A stretch of 64,000 nucleotides of DNA from Gekko japonicus. Lineage: Eukaryota. The notes beneath the pieces are model-generated. The model did no database searches, had not been told where the DNA came from, and saw nothing but the letters and a program-made list of their open reading frames with translations. The stretch spans positions 1-64,000 of the forward strand of contig NW_015164214.1 of the NCBI RefSeq assembly GCF_001447785.1. Direction: 5' to 3'. Numbering within the stretch: the first letter of the stretch is position 1; every line of letters begins with the position of its first letter. This document shows positions 1 to 12,284 of this stretch, piece by piece. Made by a program: the position numbers and the translations under genes.

Positions 1-999
1 TGTCTTAGTAAAGATTTCATGTTTTGTGTTTATGTTTCTTTAAATGCAGTAACGTGATGCCCAGCTTTATCAGTTATAAGTTATTTTCTTCGACAACAGT
101 TCAAAATACGCCCACTGTATGTGTTTTCCTTCCCTTTAACCACTTTTAAGGTCCCCAGTTCCCTCCACCATCCCCACCATTCCTTCTTCCATCCTCTGGA
201 CCGTCTGTGCAACTCTGATGCCCCGTCTGTTGGTCCCCAAGAGGAGCTGATGGAGTGGGAGGCCAGAGCTGGGATACTTAAAAGTTAGTCTTTTTGACTG
301 CACTGCCGTCAAGAACAATAACCAGACAGCTTGAGCAAGTTCACTGTTTTTATCTGGGAACAGCACCCAAACTTTGCTTGTCAAAATCAATCACTATGGT
401 TTCTACCGGACTCCCCTATCCTTTTCCTCTCCCAAACCCAACTGCCCCTCTCTGTGTCCTTCGGTTGCTGACGGTTAAGCCCCCTCACCTCACCCTTCCA
501 CTCAGCCTTTCGGATCCAGTTTCCCCTCACGGAACAGGGAGGAAAGAGGGTGGAATCCTTCCCTGCCCTGTCCGTAGCCGGGGAGAAGGGTACTTAGAAG
601 GCAAGTTTGGCTTAGGAGGGATTTTCCAGAACAGTCCTAATTTCATCAGTCTTATTTTTACAGGTGTTTCCAGACCCCGTTTCTCTATAGCTCAAAGAAC
701 AGGCCACGTAAAACAATCATAATGCAAAGTTTAGAAAACAGAACTTTTTAAAAAGGGGAGAGTTGGTATTTCACTTTCAAATAACAGAAGTCAGCTTTTC
801 TTTCTTTCTTTCTTTCTTTTTTGCGGTTTATAATTTATTTATTTCCTTTAGAAAGCCAATATCATATGGAGTTACACAGATTGCATATATACAAACTTCT
901 TGTACAACATGTACTTTTCCGAACAACACAGAGTGACGGATCCTTCAGATTTCATTTCATTTTAACCTTCCCCCCCCTTTTTTTTTTGGTGGCTTTGAA

Positions 1000-1900
1000 T
1001 GTGAGGACACTATTATGCCTTCATAATAGGGTCCTGACACTTCCTTCCTCTCCTCGACAGGAGGAATCCCGAAGGCGCTGCAGAACTGCCTTGCTGCTTC
1101 AGCCACGGCTCTGCTCATCTGCTCTGACCCACTGGGGGATCCGCATCCTGTCCAGCCCCACACAACTGAAGGCATAATAGTGTCCTCACAGGGTCTCCTG
1201 ACAGTTCCTTCCTCTCCTCGACAGGAGGAATCCCGAAGGCGCTGCAGGTTATTACTGCGGAGGCAGAGTGTCGAGATTGCCGAGCACAGGAGATTGGCTT
1301 CTTGACGGTGCAGCGCCTTCCTCCTATTGAGGAGAGAAAGGAAGTGTCAAGACCCTGTGAGGACACGATGCCTTCAGCTATCTGGAGCTGAACATGATAC
1401 AGATCGCTGAGGGTCAGAGCCGACGGGCAGAGTCATGGCTGAAGCAGCAAGTCAGTTCTGCCGCACCTTCGAGGTTCCTCCTATTGAGGAGAGAAAGGAA
1501 GTGTCAAGACCCTGTGAGGACATGATGCCTTCAGCTATCTGGAGCTGAACATGATACAGATCGCTGAGGGTCAGAGCCGACGGGCAGAGTCATGGCTGAA
1601 GCAGCAAGTCAGTTCTGCCGCACCTTCGAGGTTCCTCCTATTGAGGAGAGACAGGAAGTGTCAAAACCCTGTGAGGACACGATGCCGTCAATTGTTTGGG
1701 GCTGAACACAGCAAGTCAGTTCTGCCGTACCTTCGAGGTTCCTCCTATTGAGGAGAGAAAGGAAGTGTCAAGACCCTGTGAGGACATGATGCCTTGAATT
1801 GCTTGGGGCTGAACATGATACAGATCGCCAAGGCTCAGAGCCGATGGGCAGAGTCATGGCTGAAGCAGCAAGTCAGTTCTGCCGCACCTTCGGGATTCAT
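1000..1900. repeat. Fold-back array of a ~157-bp repeat unit
   Basis: Plus-orientation units with CTCCTATTGAGG at 1321, 1478, 1635 and 1742; diverged reverse-orientation units at ~1029-1247 (period 164). Confidence 0.9.
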
Positions 1901-2289
1901 CGTCAGGGCTTCTGTGCCGAGGCCAGCCACAGAAAAGATTTCCGAGTCATTCTATTGAAGAATAAACTACATTTTAATAAATAATTGTGTCTGGGTTTCC
2001 ACTGTGTCCTCATGGTCAGAAGGGGCCTCCTCACAATTGTACCAGCCTTGGGTTTTTACATGCTGCTGATAAAGGCCCATTCCCAGTGCCTTCTTTGCCT
2101 AGGGGGTCCACACAACAGAGGTGCCTACTCTTTCGGTCACCAATTTGCCCGAAGGCCTGATTTGATATGGCTGAACTCAAAAGGGCCCTTTTTCAAAGAC
2201 TTTGGATGCTCACTAGCCTGCCTAAAGGCAGCTTCCCACTCCGTGGTGAGGCATGGTGTGGGAGAGCCACGTCTGAGGGGCAACAATGA

Positions 2290-2710
2290 CATTTGGTGCT
2301 TTGGAAATGTCGAATTGGCGTTCTATGTCTTCCACTCTCTGCCTGAGGAGCTGGCTAGCTGTATCATAACCCAGATTAAGGACTGAATCGGGAAAATCCA
2401 ACCGGAGCTAATTTTGTATGGACTGCTTTAAGCCAGCTTGATTGAAAATCTTCCAGCAAAATTAACAAAGCAAGACCACAAGTGTTTTTATTTATCTTAA
2501 ACCAAAGGTTTAATGAAGAGAGAATTATTCTGGCAGTTATTTTCACCATCCCTGTTTCTAATCGAATCATGGCGTTTGAGACAGAGTTTGAGGCTCGTAA
2601 TACTGCCTTTAGAAATTTAGATTGAACCCGTTCTAATGGCAGAAAGCGAGACTCAGAAGGGCCTAAAAAGGTTCCATATAGTAATTGTGGTATAACCTTA
2701 AGTTTGAAAT
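2290..2710 (-). mobile_element. Non-LTR retrotransposon ORF2 fragment (RTE-X-like), frameshifted
   Basis: FKLKVIPQLLYG...LERVQSKFLKAVL...NAMIRLETG...SWLKAVHTKL, then a frameshift to PDSVLNLGYDTASQLLRQRVEDIERQ, which aligns with the 44.5 kb fragment. Clade assignment is from recall. Confidence 0.65.
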
Positions 2711-3480
2711 GTCAAAATGTTGTCACCAAGAAATGAGATTCACACATTATCTCATTTTTGCTACTGTAATCATTGTAAAGTACTTCTTCCAGCTCCATCT
2801 GGAACAACAAGGACTATGAGGGAGTGACAAATTGATTACATTTCCCTAGCATTGTCATTCCTTCAGTTATTACTAGCTTGTCCTTTGCCCCTTGGTGGTA
2901 CTAGGTTTTTTGTTTGTTTTGTTTTTTATGAGGAGAGTTTTGGCCAATAGCAGCCTTCTATGAAGCAAATCTTTTCGATCCCTGTTCAGCTGCTCAGATT
3001 TGATGGATTTGGAAAGTGGGTTGGACAATCCCAAAGGCTCTCAAGCCTGTGGCTCACAAAGAGCTATATATAGGGCATGCCCCCAGGGCCTGAAGCTTGT
3101 CAGTCAGGGAAGACCTCCTGCTCACTCCATTGATCCCAGCAGGGTGGATGGAGATGATTCCTTACGCTGTGTCAGAGATGATGTCTCTTCTCTGTTCTAC
3201 AAATGCGCTGCTTCCTCATCTGTTATATTCTGCCTTTATTGACTTGCAGGCCTGGATAGACCCTGAGAATAGGAGACCTCTGGAGAGGCTTGGCGTGGGC
3301 CCCGTTAAGGCAAAAATGAAAAAAATAATATATCACTAGATGCTAGTGAAGTAAGCCGATTGGGAAAGGGAATGATTTCGGTGTCATTTTTACCTCAGAT
3401 CCACTGCTCCCTTCTCCCTCATGTGTCAAGAGGATGAGTTTATTTCTTATTCCTATTCTCTACCTGAACGTGGTACTTCT

Positions 3481-4013
3481 ACATAAGAACATAAGAGACG
3501 CTAATGTTGGATCAGGCCAAAGGCCCATCTAGTCCAACACTCTGTGTCACACAGTGGCCAAAAATACCAGGCGCCATCAGGAGGTCCACCAGTGGGGCCA
3601 AGACACTAGAAGCCCTCCCACTGTTGACCCCCCCAAGCACCAAGAAGACAGAGCATCACTTGCCCCAGAGCCCCTATCTATACCTTGTGGCTAATAGCCA
3701 CTGATGGACCTCTGCTCCATATGCTTATCTAATTCCCTTTTGAAGCCGTCCATGCTTGTAGCCGCCACCACTTCCTGTGGAGGTGAATTCCATGTGTTAA
3801 TCACTCTTTGGGTGAAGAAATACTTCCTTTTATCCGTTCTAACCCGACCGCTCAGCAATTTCATGGAGTGCCCACGAGTTCTTGTATTGTGCGAAAGGGA
3901 GAAAAGTACCTCTTTCTCTACCTGCTCTTTCCCATGCATAATCATAAACCTCAATCATGTCACCCCTCAGTCGTCTTTTCTCCAAGCTAAAGAGCCCTAA
4001 GCACTTTAACCTT
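3481..4013 (-). mobile_element. CR1 LINE 3' fragment
   Basis: LGLFSLEKRRLRGDMIEV / RTRGHSMKL..RKYFFTQRVINTWNS; (CTTATGTT)n tail. Confidence 0.92.
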
Positions 4014-5363
4014 CTGAAGCATTCCACCGCTGCATTTCCAACTTGGAAGGACCTGGGTTAATTTAACAAATTTGAGAAGCTGTTGAATCTCGGAGGGGCC
4101 ATAGCTGAAGGGTAGAGCACCTGCTTTGCATACACAATGTCCCAGATAATGTGAATAGCCTCTACCTGAGACCCCGGAGATCAGCTACCGGTCAGAATAG
4201 AAAATACCAAATTCATGAAAGACAAGAAGCTGCCTTCTACTGAATCAGACCAGGTCAGTATTGTCTACTCAGACTGGCAGGGGCTCTTGAAGGTCTCAGG
4301 CAGAGGTCTTTCACATTACCTACTACCTGATCCTTTAACTGGGTATGCCAGTTACTGACTAGGATAAGTCAGTGGTCTGACTCAGTAGAAGGCAGCTTCA
4401 TGTGTACAATCTGCTGCTTCATTGCGCTTTCATTGGCTGTCTAGTTTCACAACACCTGTGAACTTTCAGGGCAATATGAGACAAGCTGGTATTTTTCAAC
4501 CCCCTCCAATATAGGGACAATATATTGGCCTACCTTACAGGGTGAGGGTAAATAATATTGCTGTATATGCAAACTATGAACACTTACAGGTCTCTCTATG
4601 TAAATGTTGGGCATTGATTATTTTCATTTTAAGGAATATTCTGTGATGGCAGGGAGTCAGCATGTGACAGATGAAATTTTTTCATAGGTTTCCATTTTTC
4701 TTTACAGATTGTGCAACAGTGGCTTGGGTCCTATGCTATATGAACACAGCCCTGGTTGCAGGAGGGTTTTTTTTCCTAATCACCCCTTTCCATATCCCAG
4801 AAAACTCCTCCCCCACTGCCTGCCCAGAGGACTGGGTGGGTAGATCCCCCAGGAACAGCACGGGGCAAAATGGGAGTCTGCAGTGGGGGGATGGAGCTGG
4901 CAAAGTTGCTCCCCTCCCTTCCCCTCCCTTGTAGTTAGGATCTGAGCTAGTTTTCTACCCCCAAAAATGAAAATGGCACAGAACTGTGTGCAAACTTTTT
5001 GAGTTCTCCACAATTAGCTTTCACGTTGGATATTAAAGGGTGTGTGCATTTGTGAATCTGGCCCCTCAGTTCATTCTCGACCGTAGATGCTCAGCATTTG
5101 TTTGCTTCAAAGTTTGCTCACAATTACACTAATTAGAATATTGCCAGATGCAGTTGGTCAGGCGTGTTGGTCTGAAGCAGCAGAACAAATTTAGAGTCCA
5201 GTGGCACCGTTAAGACAAAGAAAGGTTGAATAAACCTTTGTTGGTCTGAAAGGTGCCATTGGGACTCTAAATTTGTTCTAGAATATTGGCAGGGTGTGAA
5301 AACACTCGCTTGTCCATACAAATTGTGTGAATCACCGATTGTCTTATTTCTTTAATTTTAACT

Positions 5364-5590
5364 AAGGTAAAGGTTCCCTTGCTTGAAAGCCAGTCAAATC
5401 CAACTCTAGGGTTGCGGTGCTCATCTCCGTTTCAAAGCGGAAGAGCCAGCGCTGTCCGAAGACATTTCTGTGGTCATGTGGCCGGCATGACTAAACACCA
5501 AGGCGCACGGAACGCTGTTACCTTCCCACCGAAGTGGTACCTATTTATCTACTTGCAATTTCTGGCTTTCGAACTGCTAGGTTGGCAGGA
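5364..5590 (-). mobile_element. Sauria SINE, 5'-truncated
   Basis: 3' two-thirds of the family sequence. Confidence 0.9.
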
Positions 5591-6108
5591 CTTTTTAAAA
5601 CTATTTAACTAGTGGTTCAGAAAACGGCCTACAATGAAAGACCCAAAGGTGCCATCTACCGGACATAAGGTGGTATTACTGATTTGGTTTTATTTGCAGT
5701 GATCTGTCTGCATTGTTGTGTTGCCAAACGCCTTTGCTCTTTAGGCAGGCAGAGTGGTCTCAAGGAACAACCTCAGAGTGAATCAGGATTAAATTACACC
5801 TGCAGTCAGACATGTAGAGATGCGAAAATATTTTCCCTTTTAGGAAGACTGAAGTGCTTTCTGAAACTAGGCTTTAGGGACTCAAAATGTATAGAATGAA
5901 GACTTTTCTGCAGGAGTGTCTTTCAGGAGGGCTCTCCCACAGGGAGCTCGCAGAGTATTGGTGCATCCCATAAAACTCTTCAATCAAGGGAGAAAAGCGG
6001 GAGTAGAATAAAGCTTGAACTACTAACAGAGATGAGCTCTAATGCCACTAAGTAAGAAAAAGGCTCGAGTCTGTCCAAACTCTCCCCCTGATTCTTAGCC
6101 AGCCAAAC

Positions 6109-6380
6109 TGGAGAGCCAGTTTGGTGTAGTGGTTAAGTGTGCGGACTCTAATCTGGGAGAACCGGGTTTGATTCCCCACTCCTCCACTTGCACCTGCTGA
6201 TGTCACAAGCTCTGGCACAGCTGTCCTTGAAAAAGAGCAGTTTCTGTCAGAGTTCTCTCATCCCCACCCACCTCACAGGGTGTCTGTTGTGGGGAGGGGA
6301 AGGGGAAGGAGTTTGTAAGCCGCTCTGAGACGCCAAGTGAAGGGCGGGGTATAAATCCAATCTTCTCCTCCTCCTCCTCC
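6109..6380 (+). mobile_element. tRNA-derived SINE family A (other copies: ~7879-8120 -, 31100-31305 -, 35940-36220 +, 41780-42022 -, 56880-57118 +, 59302-59370 +)
   Basis: GAGAGCCAGTTTGGTGTAGTGGTTAAG...GGTTTGATTCC head; CCTCACAGGGTGTCTGTTGTGGGG body; (CTT/CTC)n tail. Confidence 0.85.
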
Positions 6381-6629
6381 AAATAACCTTAAAAACAACA
6401 GCTGGACCAAGACAGACAAAGAAAACAGGCCCATCCAAGGACAACAGACTAATTAAAGCTATTATCTAAAGAGAAACTGAAAAATAAATAGGATAGAAAG
6501 TTTTAAGAAAACAAACAAATAGAATAACAACAGTGGACTCAAACTTTGTTTTGTCGTTTCAGACCAATACAGCTACCCACCTGAATCAAAGAGGTCTGTG
6601 TATGCCATCAAGTGCCCACATTTTGCCAC

Positions 6630-6839
6630 CCAATGAGAAGTGAGCACTCACTGGAGAAGACCCTGATGCTGGGAAAGATTGAAGGTCAAAGAAGACGGGG
6701 ACGGCAAAGATAGCGTTATTGATGCAACGAACATGAAGTTGAGCACACTCCAGAGGACGATTGAGAACAGGAGGGCCTGGTGTGATGTGGTCCATGGAGT
6801 TGCGAAGAGTCGGACTCGACTGTGCAACTGAACAACAGC
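6630..6839 (+). mobile_element. BovB/RTE LINE 3' end
   Basis: LEKTLMLGKIEG coding remnant; CATGGAGTTGCGAAGAGTCGGACTCGACTG...AACAAC tail. Confidence 0.9.
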
Positions 6840-7277
6840 CCACATGATAAAATGTATATAGGAAAGATGTCTCAAAATGTGCATTGCTGAACACAAAAGA
6901 AATAGTATTTTAGAACATTTATTAGCTGCCTGGCTACCTTGTGGAACTCAAGGCGGCTTACATTGTGAATAAAGCAACAATTATTAAATAAAATAAAACA
7001 ACCACAATTTAAAATCTCCAATTAGGACTGCCGGTAGATAAAAGCTAAATGCAGTTCAGCAACCTTCTGAAGATCAAAAGTATGGGGGGCCTGGCGACCT
7101 CTTCTGTGTTAAATTTTATATATCTTTATCTCACTTATACTACGTTTGTCTTAAGAAGAAACCTTAAATATGTTCCTGACTTTACATACAAAATAAAGAA
7201 AACTGTTTGCCTCCTTGAGAAAAAAAATTATCATGCTCAGTCTTTAATTTTTTAATAAAACTCTCTGCACTTTTCTA

Positions 7278-7304
7278 AATATATATATATATATATATAT
7301 ATAT
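7278..7304. repeat. (AT)n microsatellite
   Basis: About 13 AT units. Confidence 0.9.
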
Positions 7305-9510
7305 TTGTATAGTTAGATGCCCTGACAAATCAGTGTGCAAAACACAGAGACCTACAAATACAAAAATATTTTCCCATTGCACCTCTGTTTTTTCCTTCTC
7401 CTCCTGGACTTTGTATTGATGAGGCCCCCTTCTTCTGTTTATAATAGCTTCATGATAGACATATCCTCCACAAATCCATCTAAGCCATTTCATGGCAGTA
7501 AGTTCCACAAAGTCACCTACCCACTGTGTGTAGTATTTCCTTTTGCGCACCTTGAATCTGAGCTGATCACTTGGTTCATTGAAAGGAAAATAGCACACAG
7601 GCCCTGCACAGGCATTTGTTACAATCAACTGGCATAATTAACACGAAGATATTCTTGCCTTGGTTAAACTATCCACAAGAACTTTGCTTATCCATTCGCC
7701 CATGCCCCTATAGTTTTTGACCAGTTGAGCCTTAGATATTTTGTAATACCTGATTATACTATTCATTGTTCATTGTAGGTGTTAAGAGTCACAATTTTTA
7801 AGAGAATAAGGTTGCAGAATACACACTATTTGCGAAGGTCACGCCATCCTTATAAGGACCCAACAATAAAAAGCTCATGAAGAAGAGGAGATTGGATTGA
7901 TACCCCGCCCTTCACTACCCCGAAGGATTCTCAGAGTGGCTTACAATCCCTTTCCCTTCCCCTCCCCACAACAGACACCCTGTGAGGTAGGTGGGACTGA
8001 CAGCTTTCTCTCGAGAACTGCCCGTGAGAGAACAACTCTGAGAGAACTTATGATTGACCCAAGGAGTCATGAATCAAACCCAGTTTTCTCAGATTAGAGT
8101 CCACGCCAAACTGGCTCTCCATACCAGACTGGCATGAGACAACAGCACCAACAATTAGCATCCCCGAAGCCCTAATATTAGATTTATGTTATTTAATGCT
8201 TCTCAAAAACTTAATCCAGTACATTATGTCTTGTACTCCTCTGTCCTTTCAATAGGAGCATAGAGAATGAGACAGTGAAGGAATAATATTGTCACCTGTG
8301 GTGCCCAGATTGCTTTCTCCTCCATACAGGAATGAGTCTTTTCCCCCTTGCTATCTCACCAACGGCACTCCTTACACTGAGTGTTTACTCAGATACTTAA
8401 TTCATTTAGAACTATTCCACTAATGTATTTTGATGGTATGACCAGAGATAACAGGCAGTGTGGACGTAACCGTCTGCAGATGTACACAACCCAAGTCATT
8501 GTCAAAGGAAAATGGCTACAGCAATGACACAGCGCAAATAGAAATGTCTTGTAGAAATACATGTCCCATGCAAACTTTATTCTTGATTAGCTCAAAATGT
8601 ACAATTTATATAAAAAAAATTCAAATACATCAGTTGCATTTACAGAACACATTCGCAATCCCGTGAATATCAATGATACTATGCAGGCCTGCAATTGAGG
8701 AGATGAAATTATCTACACACAGCAACTCTCTTGCTGCCTGTTCACAACACACATTTTGTGACGAGATCGCTTCACTGACTTATAGGCGACCTCTGTACCT
8801 CCAGAGAAGGGCATTTCTGGATTCAACCCATTACATTCAGATACTCCATTTGATGTCATGGATGTAAACCACACAGCGGAAAAAGAGATACACTTGATTG
8901 CGTACCAGTATAGGTAGAGGAACACAGATCCATAGCAGTCGGGTTAATTAAACATTATGGACAAGGGTATAATGTCCCATGGTTTCTTCGTTTCCAGTCA
9001 TGAATGATCATAAGACTCCTTGGGTTAAAAGTGTCCTGAAACCAAGTGCACCGTCCCGTCCCCCCCCACTTCAATATATGTCTTGGTGGCAATGGGTGCA
9101 GCGGTCAGTGTTTTTCTTACCCTGCAATACTGTAGTGTGTGAACAAACCCCATGAAATAAATTCAGCAAAAGAAACTAATACTCTTGCCCCAGTTAAGGA
9201 ACTGAAAGAAATTGAATTATTTAAGGTATGTATTTGGCTGATATCAAGAGGGAGGAAGAGATGCACCGATAGGAATGCCAGAGTGCAGTATTGCTGCCAA
9301 GCAACATGCGGAAGAAGGGCTTTTGACAATCTCAGTACAATGGACTGATACAAGAAATACTGTCTGAAACACACACACACACATTACTTTCTTGGATTTT
9401 TATCAGCACTTAAAAAACAGAGTGAGAATCAACAGGAAAATGGGTCTCAGGAATCTGACCATTCAGGCATATGTGCATAATGGTCAAATTCGTGGAAAAA
9501 ATTAAATGAA

Positions 9511-9630
9511 GGCTGCGGTCACACACGCTAAATAATCCACTTTCAAATTGGATTTTGCCAGTGCACACAGTAAAAATCCAGTTGGAAAGTGCACTGAAAG
9601 TGGATTATTTAGTGTGTGTGACCACACAGC
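9511..9630. mobile_element. Palindromic MITE-like element
   Basis: GGTCACACACGCTAAATAATCCACTTTCA ... TGAAAGTGGATTATTTAGTGTGTGTGACC. Confidence 0.8.
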
Positions 9631-12132
9631 TGAAGATTACTTCTCCTCAGAATTCTATCTGCTTTGATATTAGTGTATCTTAGCTTTTTAGTTAGGAGAG
9701 ACCAGGAAACACCTTCAACGATATTTACAATGCTCTTAATTTACCGGTATATTTGATTAAACTCAGTCCGCAAATGACATTCAATTTAGTTTTCTTTGAC
9801 AGTATAAAGTATAGCAGCATATAACTTCATCTGGCATTTCTAGTCATACGGAAAACAAGCTTCATTCCAGCCACTCCCATTAGTAACTTCAATGGCATAC
9901 CAAAGCCATCCTAAGAAAAACTGCACCTTTTAAAGTCCACTGAAGTAAATCTGCTTAGAAAGGGGGTACCTCTGTTTAGGATGGCACTATACGGCATGCT
10001 AATATTCAAGGGGAAATTCCTCTCATTTAGAAACTGACAAACCTATTTCTAATGTACAGAAACATCCCCCAGTACAGCTCTTGCTTTATAAAAGAGGTAA
10101 AACTTGAAATTAGCAGTGTGAGTAGGACAGAGTTGTATTTATACTAACTAGCCTTGCCTCAATGAAACAGCATCGTTCAAATTTTTGTTTAAAAATCTGA
10201 ATGAATTCTCTCCAAAAACACCCTTCTTCATAGCATGGTGAAACTGTTCGTATTTAACAGGATTATCCATATTCCACCCTCTTCAATATTTCACAATTGC
10301 AGAGTGAATACTGATGGTCGGACAAATGTAATACAAAGTTCATTTTAATTCCAACTAATAAGTTAAAATATAATTCTGTTATATAACACTACAATTTGTA
10401 TATCCCCGTGTTAGATATAAATTACAATCACGTCCAGGCAGTAAAATATACATCCGGGCAGTAAATATACATCTCGCTGTTCATGACTCCAAAACCCAAC
10501 ATAGCTGACAAAACAAATTATTCTCTGTTGTTCTTAATGCGACAGCATCAGCGGAGGAATAAATCACCAGTGGAAATCAGTGGCATAAACCAAGGCTTTG
10601 CGTGGTTAACAACCGCTAAGCGAATGGTATTCTTACAAACTGGTGATGAAACCCAATATCCTGAAACAAAAAGTGCTAACTTTTACTAGAAAACTGTTAT
10701 GAATTAAAAACTATCCGGTAAGCATCACAAATGCATACAACACTAAGCAACCATTAATACAGTGGCATCCCAGGACTGGTAGTACTTTACAAAGTAAAAA
10801 GCTACACTGTTGTCCACTATCTGCTTCAGTGAGCCATTGTGCCACCAACACGGTAGTAAAGCTGTACTGCAGAAGCAATATCATGGCCAGTACTTCTGTT
10901 TTGGTTTGCTGTTTTACAGTAGTATGTAAGAAAGTAAGACACTGCTAGCGACATCAGCATTGTGCATTTCAGTCTCTGGGGATTCAATCCTTGCACTGGC
11001 AGCCAATTAGCCCCACGGCCTCGTTTTCGAAAAATCACCCCAGAGTCCTCAGACATGGTGGCGGCTTAGAGGATTAGTAATGTGCGAGTGCTTTTTCCGA
11101 AAGGCTATTTCCAGTGAAGCCACGGCACACTGTCATAATGCCAATGCACCTCTACTCATTCTGAAGATCATTCTGAAACACCCCACTGCAACCAGCTTCA
11201 GGAGGGCCTAAGTCACAAATGAACTCTCCACTTATCTTTCATAAAAGGAGAGCTGAGCTGCTAAATCCGTGATCCAGCCAATATCCTTGGAAATCAAGTG
11301 AGTCTTCAGTAGTAGTCTTGCCGTAGGCTTTATTTCTCTTGTAACAAAATTTCCACCAATAAAAAGCAGCAAGTTAAATTAAAATCAAATCTCTGTGGGT
11401 AAATTTTAAAAACCCATAGTAGACTCCATGGTTCTCTTAGATATTTCTAAAAGTAACTTTTCTTACCATGATGGGAATAGAAATGGCAAGTTTAAACACA
11501 CAAATGCTTCAGAAGGCTTTCCGATACACAAGGTATGACGTAAAGACTATATAGAAACAGGCACAAATTTCATGAATTCCCCAAACATTTGCTAGCCACT
11601 AGTCAACTCTATTGAGCTACTTGTTATTAAAAAAACATGTCAATAACTCCCAACAGTTGTCGTTTGTAAATCCTTTCTAAAGTGAACATTTGCTGACAGT
11701 TTTGTATAATTATGTCTTGCTAAGCGCTCTAGATTTTTGTTCCCGCCATCACAGAAACTACATTTTTAAGAGATGATATCAGCATATAAAATATACTTGG
11801 GGGGTCTGATTTCCAAGATGTGCATGCACTGGGGTTCAGTATTAGCTCAATCTCACATTTATTCAGGCACCTGTATAAACAGGTACGGGGATCAGAATTC
11901 ATGCATCCATGACAGCTGTATCACAAATCTTTGTTAAGACAGGTAACGTAATTGTACCATCCACTTTCGACATCTGTGCTACTTAAATTACACTTCACTG
12001 AAGCTACCATGAATCACGTCAGACACTGATTTTTCCCAAAGAGGAAGGCTAAAAGGCTTTAACTAGACATTATAAGAGAGAGGCAGGCCTGCTGCTGTTC
12101 GGTCTCCCTCCATTCCTCCTCCTCAACTCTAG

Positions 12133-12284
12133 GGGCAATTTCGCACTAGAGCTGCCTCGCGGCGCAGCCACTGTTTGCCCCGACACTATTTGTCAATTTC
12201 ACACCCGAGGCTGCGGGGCTGCATTTGACCCGCGGCTTCGCCTGATTTCCTCCGCAGTGAGGCAGCTCTAGTGCGAAATTGCCC
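12133..12284. mobile_element. MITE with perfect 26-bp TIRs and 3-bp TSD (TAG), PIF/Harbinger-like
   Basis: GGGCAATTTCGCACTAGAGCTGCCTC at 12133-12158 and its reverse complement at 12259-12284; TAG on both flanks. Confidence 0.85.

Noticed and set aside
1308-1900. CRISPR-like repeat array
   Set aside because: These are long head-to-tail units without unique spacers, in a vertebrate genome.
957-1984. ORFs in the 157-bp repeat array (AEAARQFCSAFGIPPVEERKE / AEAASQFCRTFEVPPIEERKE)
   Set aside because: Periods are not multiples of 3, units contain stops, and differences between copies are mostly non-synonymous, so there is no coding constraint. No hammerhead core was found in the unit either.
5379-5612. 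Recurrent [23 protein letters not shown] found in several places
   Set aside because: It is an antisense translation of Sauria SINE copies.
1-8500. Exons of the expected downstream neighbours (CAPSL or UGT3A-type genes)
   Set aside because: No recognisable coding exon was found. The short ORFs at 136-722 and 3000-3339 could not be assigned and are left unannotated.
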